Shown piece by piece: positions 26,380 to 40,639 of a DNA stretch of 64,000 nt. How positions within the stretch are numbered: the first letter of the stretch is position 1; the number at the start of each line of letters is the position of its first letter. The position numbers and the translations under genes were made by a program. The notes under the pieces were generated by a model. The model was not told where the DNA came from and made no database searches. It saw only the letters and a list, made by a program, of their open reading frames with translations. The stretch comes from Eledone cirrhosa (lineage: Eukaryota). Location of the stretch: positions 2,108,001-2,172,000 of the forward strand of contig OZ024750.1 in NCBI GenBank assembly GCA_964016885.1, written 5' to 3'.

Positions 26380-26830
26380 CATGAAGCTGGCCTTCACAAC
26401 ATCATCCCAACTTTCTCTATGTCTTCCTCTTTCATAGGTTCCATCAAATTCGAACACTACATTTCTTTATGCAGCTATGATCCTCACATCACATGTCAAT
26501 ACCAATGCTGTCTCTTCTCTTGTACACTGCATCTGATCCCTCTTATACACATTCTTTCTCTGGGCTCAGGGATCCTTTGTCATTCGCATATACTGCTATT
26601 ACATATCCTTCAGAGCATTGTCACCTCATTTCTTTTTAATCTTCATAAGTCCTTCCTATACAAAGTCCAAATCTCAGTGCATTGCCATACAACCGCCTTT
26701 CATTCTGAGGGAGAAGCCTTTTTTATCCAGCAGTTGTAGTAGCTTCCTAAGTTTGTTTCAGTGCGTCCTCACTACTGTACTTTCAGAACAAGCACCTTCA
26801 CTGCTAATATGGTAGGTAGCAGAAGTTGTC
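26380..26830 (-). mobile_element. Decayed RTE-like LINE reverse-transcriptase C-terminal fragment
   Basis: Interrupted KGFSLRMKG...EIWTL...RNEVTML...RGIRCSVQEKR..WY.HVM pattern. Confidence 0.55.
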
Positions 26831-29723
26831 AACTGAAAGGGTAGGGGCACCTGAGCAGGAGAAAGACAATGGAAAAACGGACAGTCCCATCTCCTCAGTC
26901 AACCTCTGGAAATCACTACAATACATAATATATATACACACAGACATGCAGGAAGAATTATTTTAGAAATATTTTTAACAAGCACATCGAATTCACTAAA
27001 CACCAACATGTGAAAGCTACACTGCCTTAACACTTGTTTTATTAAATACACAGAGCAGGATGACGTAATTGGAAGATCGTTAAGCGTAATTGCAATTTGG
27101 AGCTACTTAATTAAGTTTGTTTACTTTCTGAGTTCAAATCCTATTAGAGTCGACTTTACTTTTCAGCGATACTTCCTTTATCTTTCGTTCTACCATGACT
27201 AATAAAGTATAATAATTAGAGTACTGATGTTAATTATATCGACAAATAAGCTCATAAAAATTGTGTGACTTTGTGTATTATATAAAGTGAAACAATCAGG
27301 TATTTCCTTATAGACTCAACAGAGTCGGTTCTCACATATGGCTAATGTCTTTGCGGACGCTATAATATATAATTTCGCTCATCTAAAACAGTTTCAAACA
27401 CCAACAACAAGGAGCAAAGTTCAAATTTTATCAAAGGTGATATTGCTATATATTTTAGATAAGTATCAGTAAAATACTGGTCGGTTTTCACCATGATAAA
27501 CGTCAAATCTTATAAAGCAGGACTTACGACGGACCCAGAAACTGCTTATGTAACATAATTAATGTTATTCAAATACTTAACGGTTATTTAAATAAAGAAA
27601 AACAAATTACAAATCATTTCCTACCTTTATAGACTAATCAGAAAGCAAAAATGATCTCGGTATTATAAGTGACATTGCATTTAATATTATATAAACAAAT
27701 TTACGTAAACTACAACTAAGAGATGCCAAAATGATTTTGTAAACTAAGGGGAGAGAACTGTGTATGAAACCGGTGTAACTGATTATTTTTTAACTAAAAA
27801 GAAATTGATGTATTTCGTTAAGATCAACGTTTTTTTCGCTTGGCTTGTTTGTTTTTGTAAATTTGCTAATTAATAAACATCAAATACAATTAATTATTCA
27901 CTCACCTCCAAATACACAAATTTATGAATTCCCATCATATCTATTTATACGGCGCTTGAATCAAATTATTATTATTAAGGAAAGTAAGGCGGTGAATTGA
28001 CAGTATCAGTGGAGCGTTGGACATGCTTTGTGGCATAAAGTTACGTCCCTTTACGTTCTGAGTTCAAATCCTGCCAAGGTTAGCTTTACTCTTCATCATT
28101 ACGGGGGTGGGGTGGGGGATAAAGTACCATTAACACATTGGGAGTAGATTTAATTGATAAACTTATACCTCTTCCAAAATATCTGGCATATAGAAAATGG
28201 CCTTAACCCTTTACCATGTAAACAGATCATATCCAGCCAGAATTCCCCTCACCTTTTTCTGTTCAAACCGGCCACTCATACTGATATTAAAATATTGTTC
28301 TCACTATAAATAATATCAAAGTCTCAGATTCTATATTATGTGAGGTAAAGTGCTTACCATAAAAATACAATAAAATATATACAGCAATGTAAATGCTAAA
28401 AGGTTAGAGTTGTGCTGTATGCTTTTATATATTGAGTTCACTTTTGCTTTTCATCCATCTCAGATGATGAAAATAAGTGTCAAGTAACGGTATTGATTGA
28501 ACTGACTACTTGTAGGCTTCTACAATGTTCTCTTCCGGTAACTCCTGGGGGAATGGGCATATTGACAAACTGCATTTTAAAACCTGGTGGAGCTCATCTC
28601 CTCTCCGAGTCTGGTACAGCAGAATTCTTCCAGAAAAGTATAGAGTGAGAGAATGGAAATGAGAAAGAAACAGAGGAAGGATTGACTCCAGTACAAGACT
28701 GATACTTCAACGACCTTGGCAGGATTCAAACTCAGAGAACAGAGAGCTGGAATAATTACTGCAAAGCACTCTATCCAATTTTCTAAGTGCTGCTAATTCA
28801 TAGCCTTCTGTACAATGTTAATCTTTATTACTAGGGTTGAAGAGTGCCAGGCAAAAAGCAATTAGCTATGTTCAACTCCATTCTAAAAACTTGGAGCAGC
28901 TCATTCTACTATGGTGAAAGAAGCAAGGACCATACCCCAATAAACATTTCAATGCTACACATCAAGGATCAGTTATAGTGTGCATGCATGGGCTTGTAAC
29001 TCCCAATGGAGTTGTAGGAGCTGACAAACAGCATTTCTTAGGCCATTTTAGAACCTGGCAAAGCCCATCTCCATTCCCGGGTTGAATATAGCAAAGAGCT
29101 GGATCGAATATCCCAAAACACCCTATCCAACATTGCAACAACTCCATCACCGCCTCATCAGAGTATATTTATAAAACAATATAGAAATTAAAAATACCTT
29201 AAACAAAAATTGAAAGATATCAAAAGGTAAGATTTATTGATTATTATTGGCTGGTATAGTTATAACAATATAAGGAAAGTATTTTATATATTCTTGAGAT
29301 TATTTTTATTTACAAATAATATTTACAATGATTAAGATTATAAAAACATATACACAAACAATTAACCATTAAAATCTTAAGGTAATATGCAGTCTTCACC
29401 TGCCTTACACAACTGACAACTCTTAAATTTCAAAGAGTACAACTTTAAGATTTTTTTTCTTTATAAGTTCAAGAGTGACTAAAGTTGGGACTAGATGTTA
29501 TAGTATAAATGCAGAGTTAATGACAAAAAAAAAAATTTAAATACAAAAAAATTAAATAAGTTTTTATCAATTTGATCCTTAAAAATGACATCTAAATTGG
29601 GTTTTAAAATTAATAAATATAAAATAAATTCCTGAAACAATCTGTCATTATACACAAAATTATTTACAGAATTTCAAGACTCAAAATCACAAAATCTGAG
29701 TAAAGAAAACATTCCACTCTCAA

Positions 29724-31305
29724 TAGAAGGTATTATTTAGTCAGTACACAGCATGTGATACAGCAGTGGACTAAAGGATATAGAAGGTACTATTTAGTCA
29801 GTACACTGCATCTGTAATACAGCAGTGGACTAAAGGATATAGGAGGTACTATTTAGTCAGTACACTGCATGTGTGATACAGCAGTGGACTAAAGGATATA
29901 GAAGGTACTATTTAGTCAGTACACTGCATGTGTGATACAGCAGTGGACTAAAGGATATAGAAGGTACTATTTAGTCAGTACACTGCATGTGTGATACAGC
30001 AGTGGACTAAAGGATATAGAAGGTACTATTTAGTCAGTACACTGCATGTGTGATACAGCAGTGGACTAAAGGATATAGAAGGTACTATTTAGTCAGTACA
30101 CTGCATGTGTGATACAGCAGTGGACTAAAGGATATAGAAGGTACTATTTAGTCAGTACACTGCATGTGTGATACAGCAGTGGACTAAAGGATATAGAAGG
30201 TACTATTTAGTCAGTACACTGCATGTGTGATACAGCAGTGGACTAAAGGATATAGGAGGTACTATTTAGTCAGTACACTGCATGTGTGATACAGCAGTGG
30301 ACTAAAGGATATAGAAGGTACTATTTAGTCAGTACACTGCATGTGTGATACAGCAGTGGACTAAAGGATATAGAAGGTACTATTTAGTCAGTACACTGCA
30401 TGTGTGATACAGCAGTGGACTAAAGGATATAGAAGGTACTATTTAGTCAGTACACTGCATGTGTGATACAGCAGTGGACTAAAGGATATAGAAGGTACTA
30501 TTTAGTCAGTACACTGCATGTGTGATACAGCAGTGGACTAAAGGATATAGAAGGTACTATTTAGTCAGTACACTGCATGTGTGATACAGCAGTGGACTAA
30601 AGGATATAGAAGGTACTATTTAGTCAGTACACTGCATGTGTGATACAGCAGTGGACTAAAGGATATAGAAGGTACTATTTAGTCAGTACACTGCATGTGT
30701 GATACAGCAGTAGACTAAAGGATATAGAAGGTACTATTTAGTCAGTACACTGCATGTGATACAGCAGTGGACTAAAGGATATAGAAGGTACTATTTAGTC
30801 AGTACACTGCAAGTGTGATACAGCAGTAGACTAAAGGATATAGAAGGTACTATTTAGTCAGTACACTGCATGTGTGATACAGCAGTAGACTAAAGGATAT
30901 AGAAGGTACTATTTAGTCAGTACACTGCATGTGATACAGCAGTGGACTAAAGGATATAGAAGGTACTATTTAGTCAGTACACTGCATGTGTGATACAGCA
31001 GTAGACTAAAGGATATAGAAGGTACTATTTAGTCAGTACACTGCATGTGTGATACAGCAGTAGACTAAAGGATATAGAAGGTACTATTTAGTCAGTACAC
31101 TGCATGTGATACAGCAGTGGACTAAAGGATATAGAAGGTACTATTTAGTCAGTACACTGCATGTGTGATACAGCAGTAGACTAAAGGATATAGAAGGTAC
31201 TATTTAGTCAGTACACTGCATGTGTGATACAGCAGTAGACTAAAGGATATAGAAGGTACTATTTAGTCAGTACACTGCATGTGATACAGCAGTGGACTAA
31301 AGGAT
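29724..31305. repeat. 59-bp tandem array (about 27 copies) with internal dyad symmetry
   Basis: Unit TAGAAGGTACTATTTAGTCAGTACACTGCATGTGTGATACAGCAGTGGACTAAAGGATA. Confidence 0.97.
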
Positions 31306-34300
31306 GATCACTTCAGTAGCTGTTACAAACTGATAGGGATTAGGCAGGAGATAAATAATTTTAAAAATTTGAGTTGAATCTCACCATTTAAAACAAAAAT
31401 AAGTGGAAACAAGTCATATATGCCTTAGCAGTCACCACAATAAATAAATAAATAAATTCAAAGAGCAAAACAGCATGCAAAACAAATGCTTGAAATATAT
31501 TAAAACAGTTTTAAAATAATTTTGACAATTGAATTAAAAATGTTAAATTTTTATTTTTTTATTTTTTATTTTTTTTACACTAAATATTTATGAAAAATAC
31601 TTAAAACAAAAGAATAAAACTAAACTATATATTTTTTTTTTTTTTTTTTTTTTTTCATCTCTAAGTAGTAACAGATACACATTTAGGTAACTCAGGTGGG
31701 AATATTTAGAAAAGTATAAGCATCTTGTAATTCCCAATCAGCTACCAATTTAGTGTCAAAGGATTGATATTCATTTACTGAGTTCTATTTCAATGATTTG
31801 TTAGCATTAGTGCTTTTAATTAGTGCCACAGCATTTTCACAATTGACTGAATACATATTATATGCGAGTTCGATTCCCAGATGATAAATTATGTCCTTGA
31901 GCAAGACGCTTTATTTCATGTTGCTCCTGCCAGGATTTCAACCAGTAGATACATACGTATTAGTAATTGGAAAGACCAATGGAAACATTGTTTCCTTGGT
32001 TCGATTTGATGAGCTTCGCCCCACTAGGTAAGCGAATGAGGCCTAGGATCTTGTTGATCGATCCAATAAGTATGCAGGTGTGGCAAGCTGCATATATCTT
32101 AGCCATTAGAAAAATCAAAATGAATGTTTCACCTTCAAAAGAGGAAGGACTCAAGAAGATAAATTTAGTGAAATTTGGTAAAGATATATTCTTTACCCTC
32201 AACAAAATACAATTAACCAAAGGATTTAACTTTAAAATATACCATGGGTTGTGGGTATCACATTTAGCTACCCTGTAAGAAAATTTTGTTTGGTAAATAT
32301 GTATAAATTTTGTAAATATTTCTTATATTCAATGGGTAAATATTTAAATACAAAATGCATAAATAAAATATCTCCATCATGAGTATTTAGACTAATTAAA
32401 ACAGAATTTTAGGAATCTAATTAAAATTTTTGTCCAGCTGAATTTGGTTTTAGAGCATTAGTAATAGATTTATTTTAATGACACTGAAAATAAAAATTTC
32501 ATTAAAAAAGAAATTATGGATTTTGAAATTATGAATTTTTCCCCACATGTATAACAAGAATATTGTAAGATATTGGATAAATTCACATCCTTATATTGCA
32601 CATATACTTAGTTTAGATGTTACTGGAACTCATAAATGGATTGGAATTCAGACTCAGTGACAAGATTGATTTTAATCCACATTGCCAATCAATAAAAAAA
32701 AAATGTTTCAATAGACATTTAAATTAGTTATAGTGAACTCGTAATTTAATACTATTTCAATACTGGTTTCATTAATACAGCTTAAATGACTTATTGATTT
32801 CATTTTATATTAACGATTGATTGTCTTTCCCTCAAAATATTCTAAAATTTCTTCGCAACTTCTGAGAAGAATGAATACTGACAGCCTCTCTTTCCTAACT
32901 CCAAAATAAATAATTTTATTTGTAGCCATAAAAATCGATATAAAACAAAACTGATAACTATTACAAAAGAAATTTTTTGTTGGGATGAATTCATATAATG
33001 AAATTTGATTTGTAGAATATGATTTAACACAAATATTGATATTTCTGTATTACAGCAAGTTACTAAACAGAAAACTAAATACACATTTTACAGATCAAAT
33101 CTTAAACCTTAATTCTATACAAATATTATGAATATGCTACAAGAGAAACTAATTTCAAGAACTTTCCTCATTTATGTTCGTTACAGAAAAAGCAAATCTT
33201 CATAGTCCTAATATATAACTGCTAATTAAAGGGGTGGCTATTCTAAAAAGGGTTAACACCTATCCTCAAGGAACAGCATGATGTAAAGAATCTAAAAAAA
33301 TCCGATAGAACCCCATAAAAAGAAGAGCAATAGTGTTCAATGAGAAATCACGTGCTCAATGTGTGGTTGGTCATAATAGGTATCAATCACCTATAGATAC
33401 TAACACACCACACACGATAGATAAGTGCTTCATTATCAAAATATATTTGCCACCAAAACTAATTTCTTATCAGAAGAAATAACTAATACTACACACTATA
33501 GATTTTCCTACAATTGAGAAGTTTACAGTAATTAGATAGATTCATATAGTTTAAAATCAGAAAGAAAACAAATTTTAAAACTGAAATGTAAACTACTGAA
33601 ACGTAAACTAAACAAACTAAAGAATCACATATTTTCAAAAATTGCAGTAAACGAACATATTTTTCAATAAAGAAAAAAAATGTATTGAAAGGAAAGAAAC
33701 AAAACCAAGATCTGAATGGAGTAGAAAAAAATACTCATAAATTTGACTTAGTGAATGAATTAGTAAAAGGGAGATGATATGTCTAACTGGTGAATTTATA
33801 ATCAGTGATATTTAACTAGAAAAAGAGCAAGATGAATAAGCTATCAAAACATTTTAAATTCTAATAAACAAAACATTTTTAAAATAACATTTTAATTTTT
33901 TTGGTCATTAAGTAAATGAAAATACCTCCATAAAGATTTTTTTTTTTTTTATAGACATAAGTTTGGTTAAAAATAAAACAGTCCATTTTACAGCACTTTC
34001 AGCCCTCACTTATTCCCAGCAAATAGGATTAAATTAAACCCAACTAATATTTTAGAACAATAGAAAGATTCCATCCAACAAACATTTCAAAACAATTTCT
34101 TATCAAAAAGACTTGACTATAAAAATGAACAGAACTAATCTGAACTACTGCACTTACAGTGTATTTGAGAAAATAAGAAAATCAATTAGAGAAAGAAAAA
34201 AAAAAAAATGTATATTTTAGAAGATTAGTCAGTATTTTTTATTAATCTTGTGGCAGTGAATTTTAATTTAAAAAAAAAAAAGTACCAGTTTGTTTGATGA

Positions 34301-35895
34301 CTATATGAATATAATATATTGTTAAAAGGCACAATATCAGTATGTTAGTACTAAAAAGCTAATAAATAAGGCATCAATACTTAAGTGATGATCTTCACTG
34401 ATATGTGCAGATGAACAAATGGTAATAACTGGACATGAAATGATATAAAAAATATGAGTGGAATTGAAATCATTGTAATTTCAAAGAATTTCTTAGTTTT
34501 ACTATTAGACTAATTCTTATTGATTTCCTGACATTTTATAGATTTAGTATATAGTGTAGTTAATTCGAAGCATTGCGAGATGTAATATTACACAATGTAG
34601 TATCTCACAGTTAAATTATTGGTCGTTTAAAGATTTAGTAATTGCATGTTTGATGAGTACCACCAAATATAAGCACATTTAGTCATTCTTATTATGTTGT
34701 TGGATTCACCAAGGATGTGTAATATAACCTTTTCTAGCAACTACTTTAATAAATTTCTTTGATATATGCCAACAAGAAAGCAAAATATAATTGCAATTTA
34801 ATTATATTTTATTGTTTGAAGTTCATTTTTCAATGCTAGCGCAGGTATAAGTTTTGAATATTTTGACATTTGCATTTTGTTGACGCAAATTAACAGAAAA
34901 CCGTTTCAGATCACCATAATACATTCAAAATGGTGTTGCCAGATATTGAAATAAAATTACTTATAAAAATTGAGATTTTCAGTAAAATGGAAGTATAGCT
35001 ATCAAATAATCTTTATGCCTTGATTTACTATTAAAAAAATAATTCATCGTGATTGTCCATTAGCTTAAATATTTAATTCCCCATGTTAGTATGAGCTGTA
35101 TGTTTCTACAGTATTGAAACTTTTTTGCTATTTTCTTATATCTGATCCAAAGTTATTTAATACTATTTAGCCTGCTAACTTGTATATCTTTTACTCGAAA
35201 TTCACACTATAATTTATCTGTTGACCATCTATACAACTTTGCATTCCATCACATTTCTTATATTCAATTATGACTATCAAAAAATATAATCTAAAGCCTA
35301 AATACTGCATCAATTAAAATTTGCCATAAGAAAAACTTATGTAATTCAATCAGATTTAAATTTGGATTATAATCACTAACACCAAAAACTAACCAAAGAC
35401 CCCTACCTCAAAGAAATAATGCACTATTTCTTTTTTTTAAGATGAGGTAGCATAATTGTAGATCTTTCAATATTCAACCCAAAATTTCTTTAAAACAAAA
35501 ACCAAAAAAAAAATTCTTTAAAAAACAAAACAAAAAAAATATACATTTTTTTCCAAACTAATCTTTAAAAATGTTCAGCTTACAGTAATATTACAGTAAA
35601 ATTTAATTCAATTCAAAACAGTTCTACATCACTGAAAGAAAACATTAATCCAATGTACATAACAGTATTCAACAAAATTTTATAATTTGGTTTCATTATA
35701 AATTCTAAATTGAATATGTGAAGAGTTGTTTTTGACTTCAGTTTTCGTATAGAAGGTTGGCAGTAGATTAAATAAAAACTATCTTTTGACTCTTGTGAAC
35801 TGATAGGAATGTACATGTACACACAAACATTCACTCTCACAGACAGATGTATCAAAATATGAGATCTTTCTCGAAAAATAAACAATAGCAATCAG

Positions 35896-36035
35896 TCAAG
35901 CCATGAAATCTTTTACTTCATCTAATTCACGATCTCTAGCTTGCTTATGAGCCCAACGGGCTTCAGCTAACTCTGGAGTGATTTTCCACTTCTCATGAAA
36001 AATTCTTTGGTTGCAAGATGGACATTTTTTTCCAC
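35896..36035 (-). CDS. RWD-RING-H2 protein, exon 7 (last)
   Basis: GGKKCPSCNQRIFHEKWKITPELAEARWAHKQARDRELDEVKDFMA, then TGA. Joined CDS is 990 nt (329 aa). Confidence 0.88.
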
Positions 36036-36868
36036 CTGCGAAAAAAAATAAATAAAATAAATAAATTGAAATATTGAATTCAAAGTGTAAGATGGAATCA
36101 GGTTTTCAAAGACACTTTACTAATAAAGATTTGTTTTTTTAAATCCCATAAATGAAGAGAGGAAGTATCGTATATACTTGAATATAAGCCGACCCCATAT
36201 TTTATGTCTGAGAAATGGGCAAAAATCCCCAAACCTTATTTATGTAGAATTTGAAATTGGTGAAAATCATCAAAATATTGACCCTGAATATAATCCAAAC
36301 TGTTTCTACCATTGATGTTTGATCACATTCCCAGCCTTACATTCGAGTACATATGGTAAATAAAATTTAAGTTGTTAAAGATATCAGTACTGCAGAAGGC
36401 GGACATAGATAAGTAAAAATAAATAAGAAGAAATAGAAAGGTGTACTGTGAGATATGAGAAAGGTATCGGATAAGACAAACGGATACGCTACATGAACCA
36501 ATTACCATATATACTTGAATATAAGGCCATACGAAGATAAGCTGACCCCTCTTATTCTATGTCTGAGAAATGAGCAAAAATCCAAACTACATTTATAAGT
36601 CGAGGCAGCTAATCAACAGGTTTACATAGTGTATATTACAATGACTGACCCACTAACAAGGAGGGAGTCTTGTACTTTCAGTCGCTTCACGCTGCAAAGA
36701 CCGGGATAAACACTGGTCTGATGAGTCTCCAGGTCCGAGACAGACTTTAGACTTTTAGAAGTAAATTACAATCGAGAAATATTGGATATGATCTACCATC
36801 CTACCCATGCTAGCATGGAAGATGGACGTTAAATGATATCTAGTGATGGGAAACAAACCTTTACTTAC

Positions 36869-36968
36869 CTATAAATGGAGGTGTTTTCATATAAGTTGCC
36901 AAACAAGAATGATGATATAAATGGCCACAGTAAACACGTTCAACTTGTTTATCTTTAGAAAATTCAAT
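36869..36968 (-). CDS. RWD-RING-H2 protein, exon 6 (CxHxxHxxC)
   Basis: IEFSKDKQVERVYCGHLYHHSCLATYMKTPPFI; CAG acceptor, GTAAGT donor. Confidence 0.9.
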
Positions 36969-37422
36969 CTGTGAAAAAATAAATGATAAAATAGATGGAA
37001 ATCAAAATAAAAGTAGAAGGTATGTGATGGTTAATGTATAATATATTCTCTTCTTTACCCACTTATTCCTGAGAGGGTAGAGTCCTTAGAGAATGAGTGA
37101 GTGATAAAGAAGTGGGGGGAAAGAGATATAGAAGAATTGACCCTAGTACTTGAGGGGTACTTTTTTTATTGCCCTTAACGGGATGAAAGGCAAAGTTGAC
37201 AGAGACAAGATTTGAACTGAGCATAGAGTCAGAATGAATACAGCAAAGCATTCGAATGGCTCTGCCAAGTCACCACTTATAAAGTAGCTAATATAAATGT
37301 AATATAACTAACAAATGATTTCCAATAAAACAGTTCGCCATAAAATATACAACCTAACATGAAATATATTTTTAAAATAACTATAAAATAGAGATTAAAA
37401 TTTTACAAAAATAAAAACTTAC

Positions 37423-37552
37423 AGATGGGCCTCTTGGAAGTACATATTCACAGCAAATAGGACACTTTTGTAAAGGATAATTTTTCACACAATCAACAAT
37501 AATGAATTTACATACTTGTAATAAGGACGGTTTTGGTTGGAAAGGGGGATCA
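37423..37552 (-). CDS. RWD-RING-H2 protein, exon 5 (first CxxC of RING)
   Basis: DPPFQPKPSLLQVCKFIIVDCVKNYPLQKCPICCEYVLPRGPS; TTTCAG acceptor, GTAAGT donor. Confidence 0.87.
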
Positions 37553-38162
37553 CTGAAAAAGAAATAAATGTGTAAATAAATACTGAAACTCCCATAATCC
37601 TTATCTCACTGTCCCATTAGAACTATATAGAACTGTAATAATATTCTGTTACTTGTCCATTGTGGCTGTTGTACAATAAGTGTCTGACCAAAATAGCACA
37701 GTTGAGTATTGCAAATATACTTTAATATATTACACTGGAGTCATATTCTTTTCAGTTAAAGATATGTTTAAAAGTTATGTATCTTTGAAGATGTTATGGT
37801 GAGATATTTGTTTTAAAATTTAGCCAAAAATGTTTTCATTTCGATCAGTGTTTCCTGAAGTGGGTACTGCAAGAGAAGGTGCCTTTTAATATTGAATATA
37901 ATCTCTTGTTAAAACTATTTGTGTCATTTAACATCTAACTATATAAGGGTAGCTGGGTTATCTAAAATACATGTAGGAACTGACTGATCCATTTATGTCA
38001 TGTCTGCATGTAGACTTAATTTTATTTTCTGGTCATTTTACTCAGTGACTTTAAAAAGCCAATTCAATTAATTAAGTGTAATTGCAATTAAATTTGTTGT
38101 ACAACCTGAAACAAAAGCAACATCAACCAGTTTTATAATAAATTAGAAGACAAAATAGTTAC

Positions 38163-38273
38163 TTTGGTTTCTTTCGGAGGGGTGGCTGTACACACTGTCG
38201 AGCATATTCATTTGCTTGAGCCAAAAAATTTACTTTTAGGAGCTCAGGAAAATTATATTCTAAAAATTCAATG
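38163..38273 (-). CDS. RWD-RING-H2 protein, exon 4
   Basis: Hand translation: IEFLEYNFPELLKVNFLAQANEYARQCVQPPLRKKP; TTTGCAG acceptor; phase 2-2. Confidence 0.85.
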
Positions 38274-39292
38274 CTGCAAAAAAATAGATAAACATGTGAT
38301 TAAATTAACCCCAGCTCTACCAATATAGGAAATGTCATATTGCATCTTGCTGTGTCCAACAGGAGAACCAATATTTTGTTACCATCAAAGAAACAATTTC
38401 AAGCCATTGGTCCGAGTGCATGGCCAAGGTAGACAGCCCTTAATCTGCTTGCACCACAGCTAATAAAACACACTAGCAAGTATAATTATGCTACTGTCAG
38501 TCAACCTTGTCAAATGGAATACTAACAGATACAGAAATCTAGCAGTTGTCACAAAACTGATATCATACCCGCATGTGGAAGATCAATTAGCAACACTGGG
38601 CTATCCACCTTCTCACATGGAACAAGAAAAAATTGTGAGTTGAACCCAACTAATGGAGATCCTTAAGGACACCCAATAGAGCCTGAACTTGTCATCTAAT
38701 TATTATTGTATCTCGAAGACTATCCAGAAGTGTGTGTATATATTAACACAATTTGAGCCACCTACATTTAATATTTTCATCTAAATAAAAAGCTAAAAGT
38801 TAAACCATAATCGACTTTACCCCCAACATTCTTTAGTTTCATCTAATAGACACAAACTAGTGATCTACCGATTTAAGAACAAGTGACTATATATAACATG
38901 TCATTGTTATAGCTTTTGTATTGTTTTTCTGTGCAAAGTTCATTTTATCTGCAGTAATAGTTTATCTATCTCAATAGATACTACTCTCCATTTGTAAAAG
39001 TTGCAAATTATTCTTTCCAAACATTCATTTGAAATTTTTAAAGTTTCAAATTGAGAAAAATATATATAAAACAAATGTTTAATGAAAGTCTTTAAAGTAA
39101 TTAAACACAGGTTAAAAAATTATACTTTGTACATTATCTGCATAGCCATTACAAGCAGAGAAAAGTGGACGTAAAATGATAAAATGATACGCGTTTTAGT
39201 GCACCTGAAGACCGTACATAATTTTCATTATTATAAATACAGTGCAATAGTGTAAACATTGTTAGTTTAAGATATTATAAAATGGTTCTTAC

Positions 39293-39513
39293 CCGACTTG
39301 TGTTTTAGGATAGTCTAATGGGATAGTAACTTTAAAATGAAGAAAGTAATTCTCTTGTTGAGCTTTGATGACGATTTGAGAAGCTTTTTGCCGAAGTTTA
39401 ATTACATCACCTTCCTCAAGCATGTTGCGTTTGATTTCTGATATTTCACTGCTGCATACACACAGGTTATTCTCATCCAGGAAACGACTTACAAAATTTA
39501 TCATATTTGCTAC
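39293..39513 (-). CDS. RWD-RING-H2 protein, exon 3 (second PxxYP motif)
   Basis: VANMINFVSRFLDEN...FKVTIPLDYPKTQV; TTTAG acceptor, GTAAG donor. Confidence 0.87.
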
Positions 39514-40072
39514 CTAAAGGAAATAAAACCAATACAACAGGTTAAGTTTTAAAGCATCAAACACAGTGAGGCTCTCACCTCTGAACCTGATAGATAGAGA
39601 GAGAGAGAGTGGAAGAAGTGTTCAGTTATGCTAAGTAATATTTTTGATTCTTTTCTAATTTATTTCTATGTACATAAAAGTTTAAAGTATTTTTAACTCT
39701 ACAAAATACTTCAGCAATGCTAGTATAGCCACTGTCTCTCTCACTCTCCCCCATCTCACTATTATAAGCAAATAGGGGGCCCACGTGCTGGTCGCCCCAA
39801 AGCCCCAGTGGACAGAATAGAGAAGGTGTTCCCTCAGGAGGATGGTGAGGGAGAAGCTTTGGAAGAACATCGAACAAAAAACAAAGAAATTACAAATAAT
39901 GTAAGGTTGTATTTCAGTACTTATAAACTATAAACTATATTATATTTCTAAGATAATTGTTGTTCATGTTACATGCTCAAGATTTTGAATTTTCCATACT
40001 ATGTCTACGAACCCCACCACACCAAAAAATAAATGACGGATTATGACATTGTGAAATCATGCAAAGACTTAC

Positions 40073-40238
40073 TTGGGGTTCATTTAAATATTTTTTACTC
40101 TCTTCATCGCATACTTTCTGGAGACCATCAAGTAGTTTGTCTGACAATGTTTTGCTGCTAAGTTCAATAATAATTGCCTCTTCAGGGTAGTTGGCAGGGA
40201 ATTGCATTCGCATTAACAAAGTCTTGAATGTAGTTTTC
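40073..40238 (-). CDS. RWD-RING-H2 protein, exon 2 (RWD FPxxYP motif)
   Basis: KTTFKTLLMRMQFPANYPEEAIIIELSSKTL...; phases match neighbouring exons; GTAAGT donor. Confidence 0.87.
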
Positions 40239-40639
40239 CTTTAAAATTATAAGCCATAGTAAAGTATCTCACCAAATAAAACAAACAGTTAATATGCAAT
40301 GAAGTTTATTAGATAATAAATTAAGAACTTTCTGTATGAAATGAATATACAAGTGAGTTTAATTTAACCCTTTTATAACTACATTCCTAATTAAATATAC
40401 TCTATTTTAATTAATTTTGAGGGATTTACTAAAATTAATTTCATTACTAAGATTAGTAACTTAAAAGATTTTAATTTAAACCTTCAAAATGAGTGGCTTT
40501 ATTTCATAGAACCAGAGCTGGTTTGGGCTGAATTGGTAATAAAAGGGTTAATGTAACCAGACCCAGTATGTGAAAGTTGTTATTTAGTTCTAGGTCAGCC
40601 CTGATGGAAAACATCTATGATCAAATGTGTTCTGCTATA

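Noticed and set aside
29724-31305. CRISPR array
   Set aside because: Units are contiguous and nearly identical with no unique spacers; no cas genes; eukaryotic context.
31960-32278. 103-aa and 86-aa overlapping ORFs
   Set aside because: Begin within a SINE copy; no recognisable domain or convincing splice context.
36705-36752. CTGATGAG hammerhead-like motif
   Set aside because: No GAAA core; looks like a retroelement 3' tail also seen near 45000-45045.
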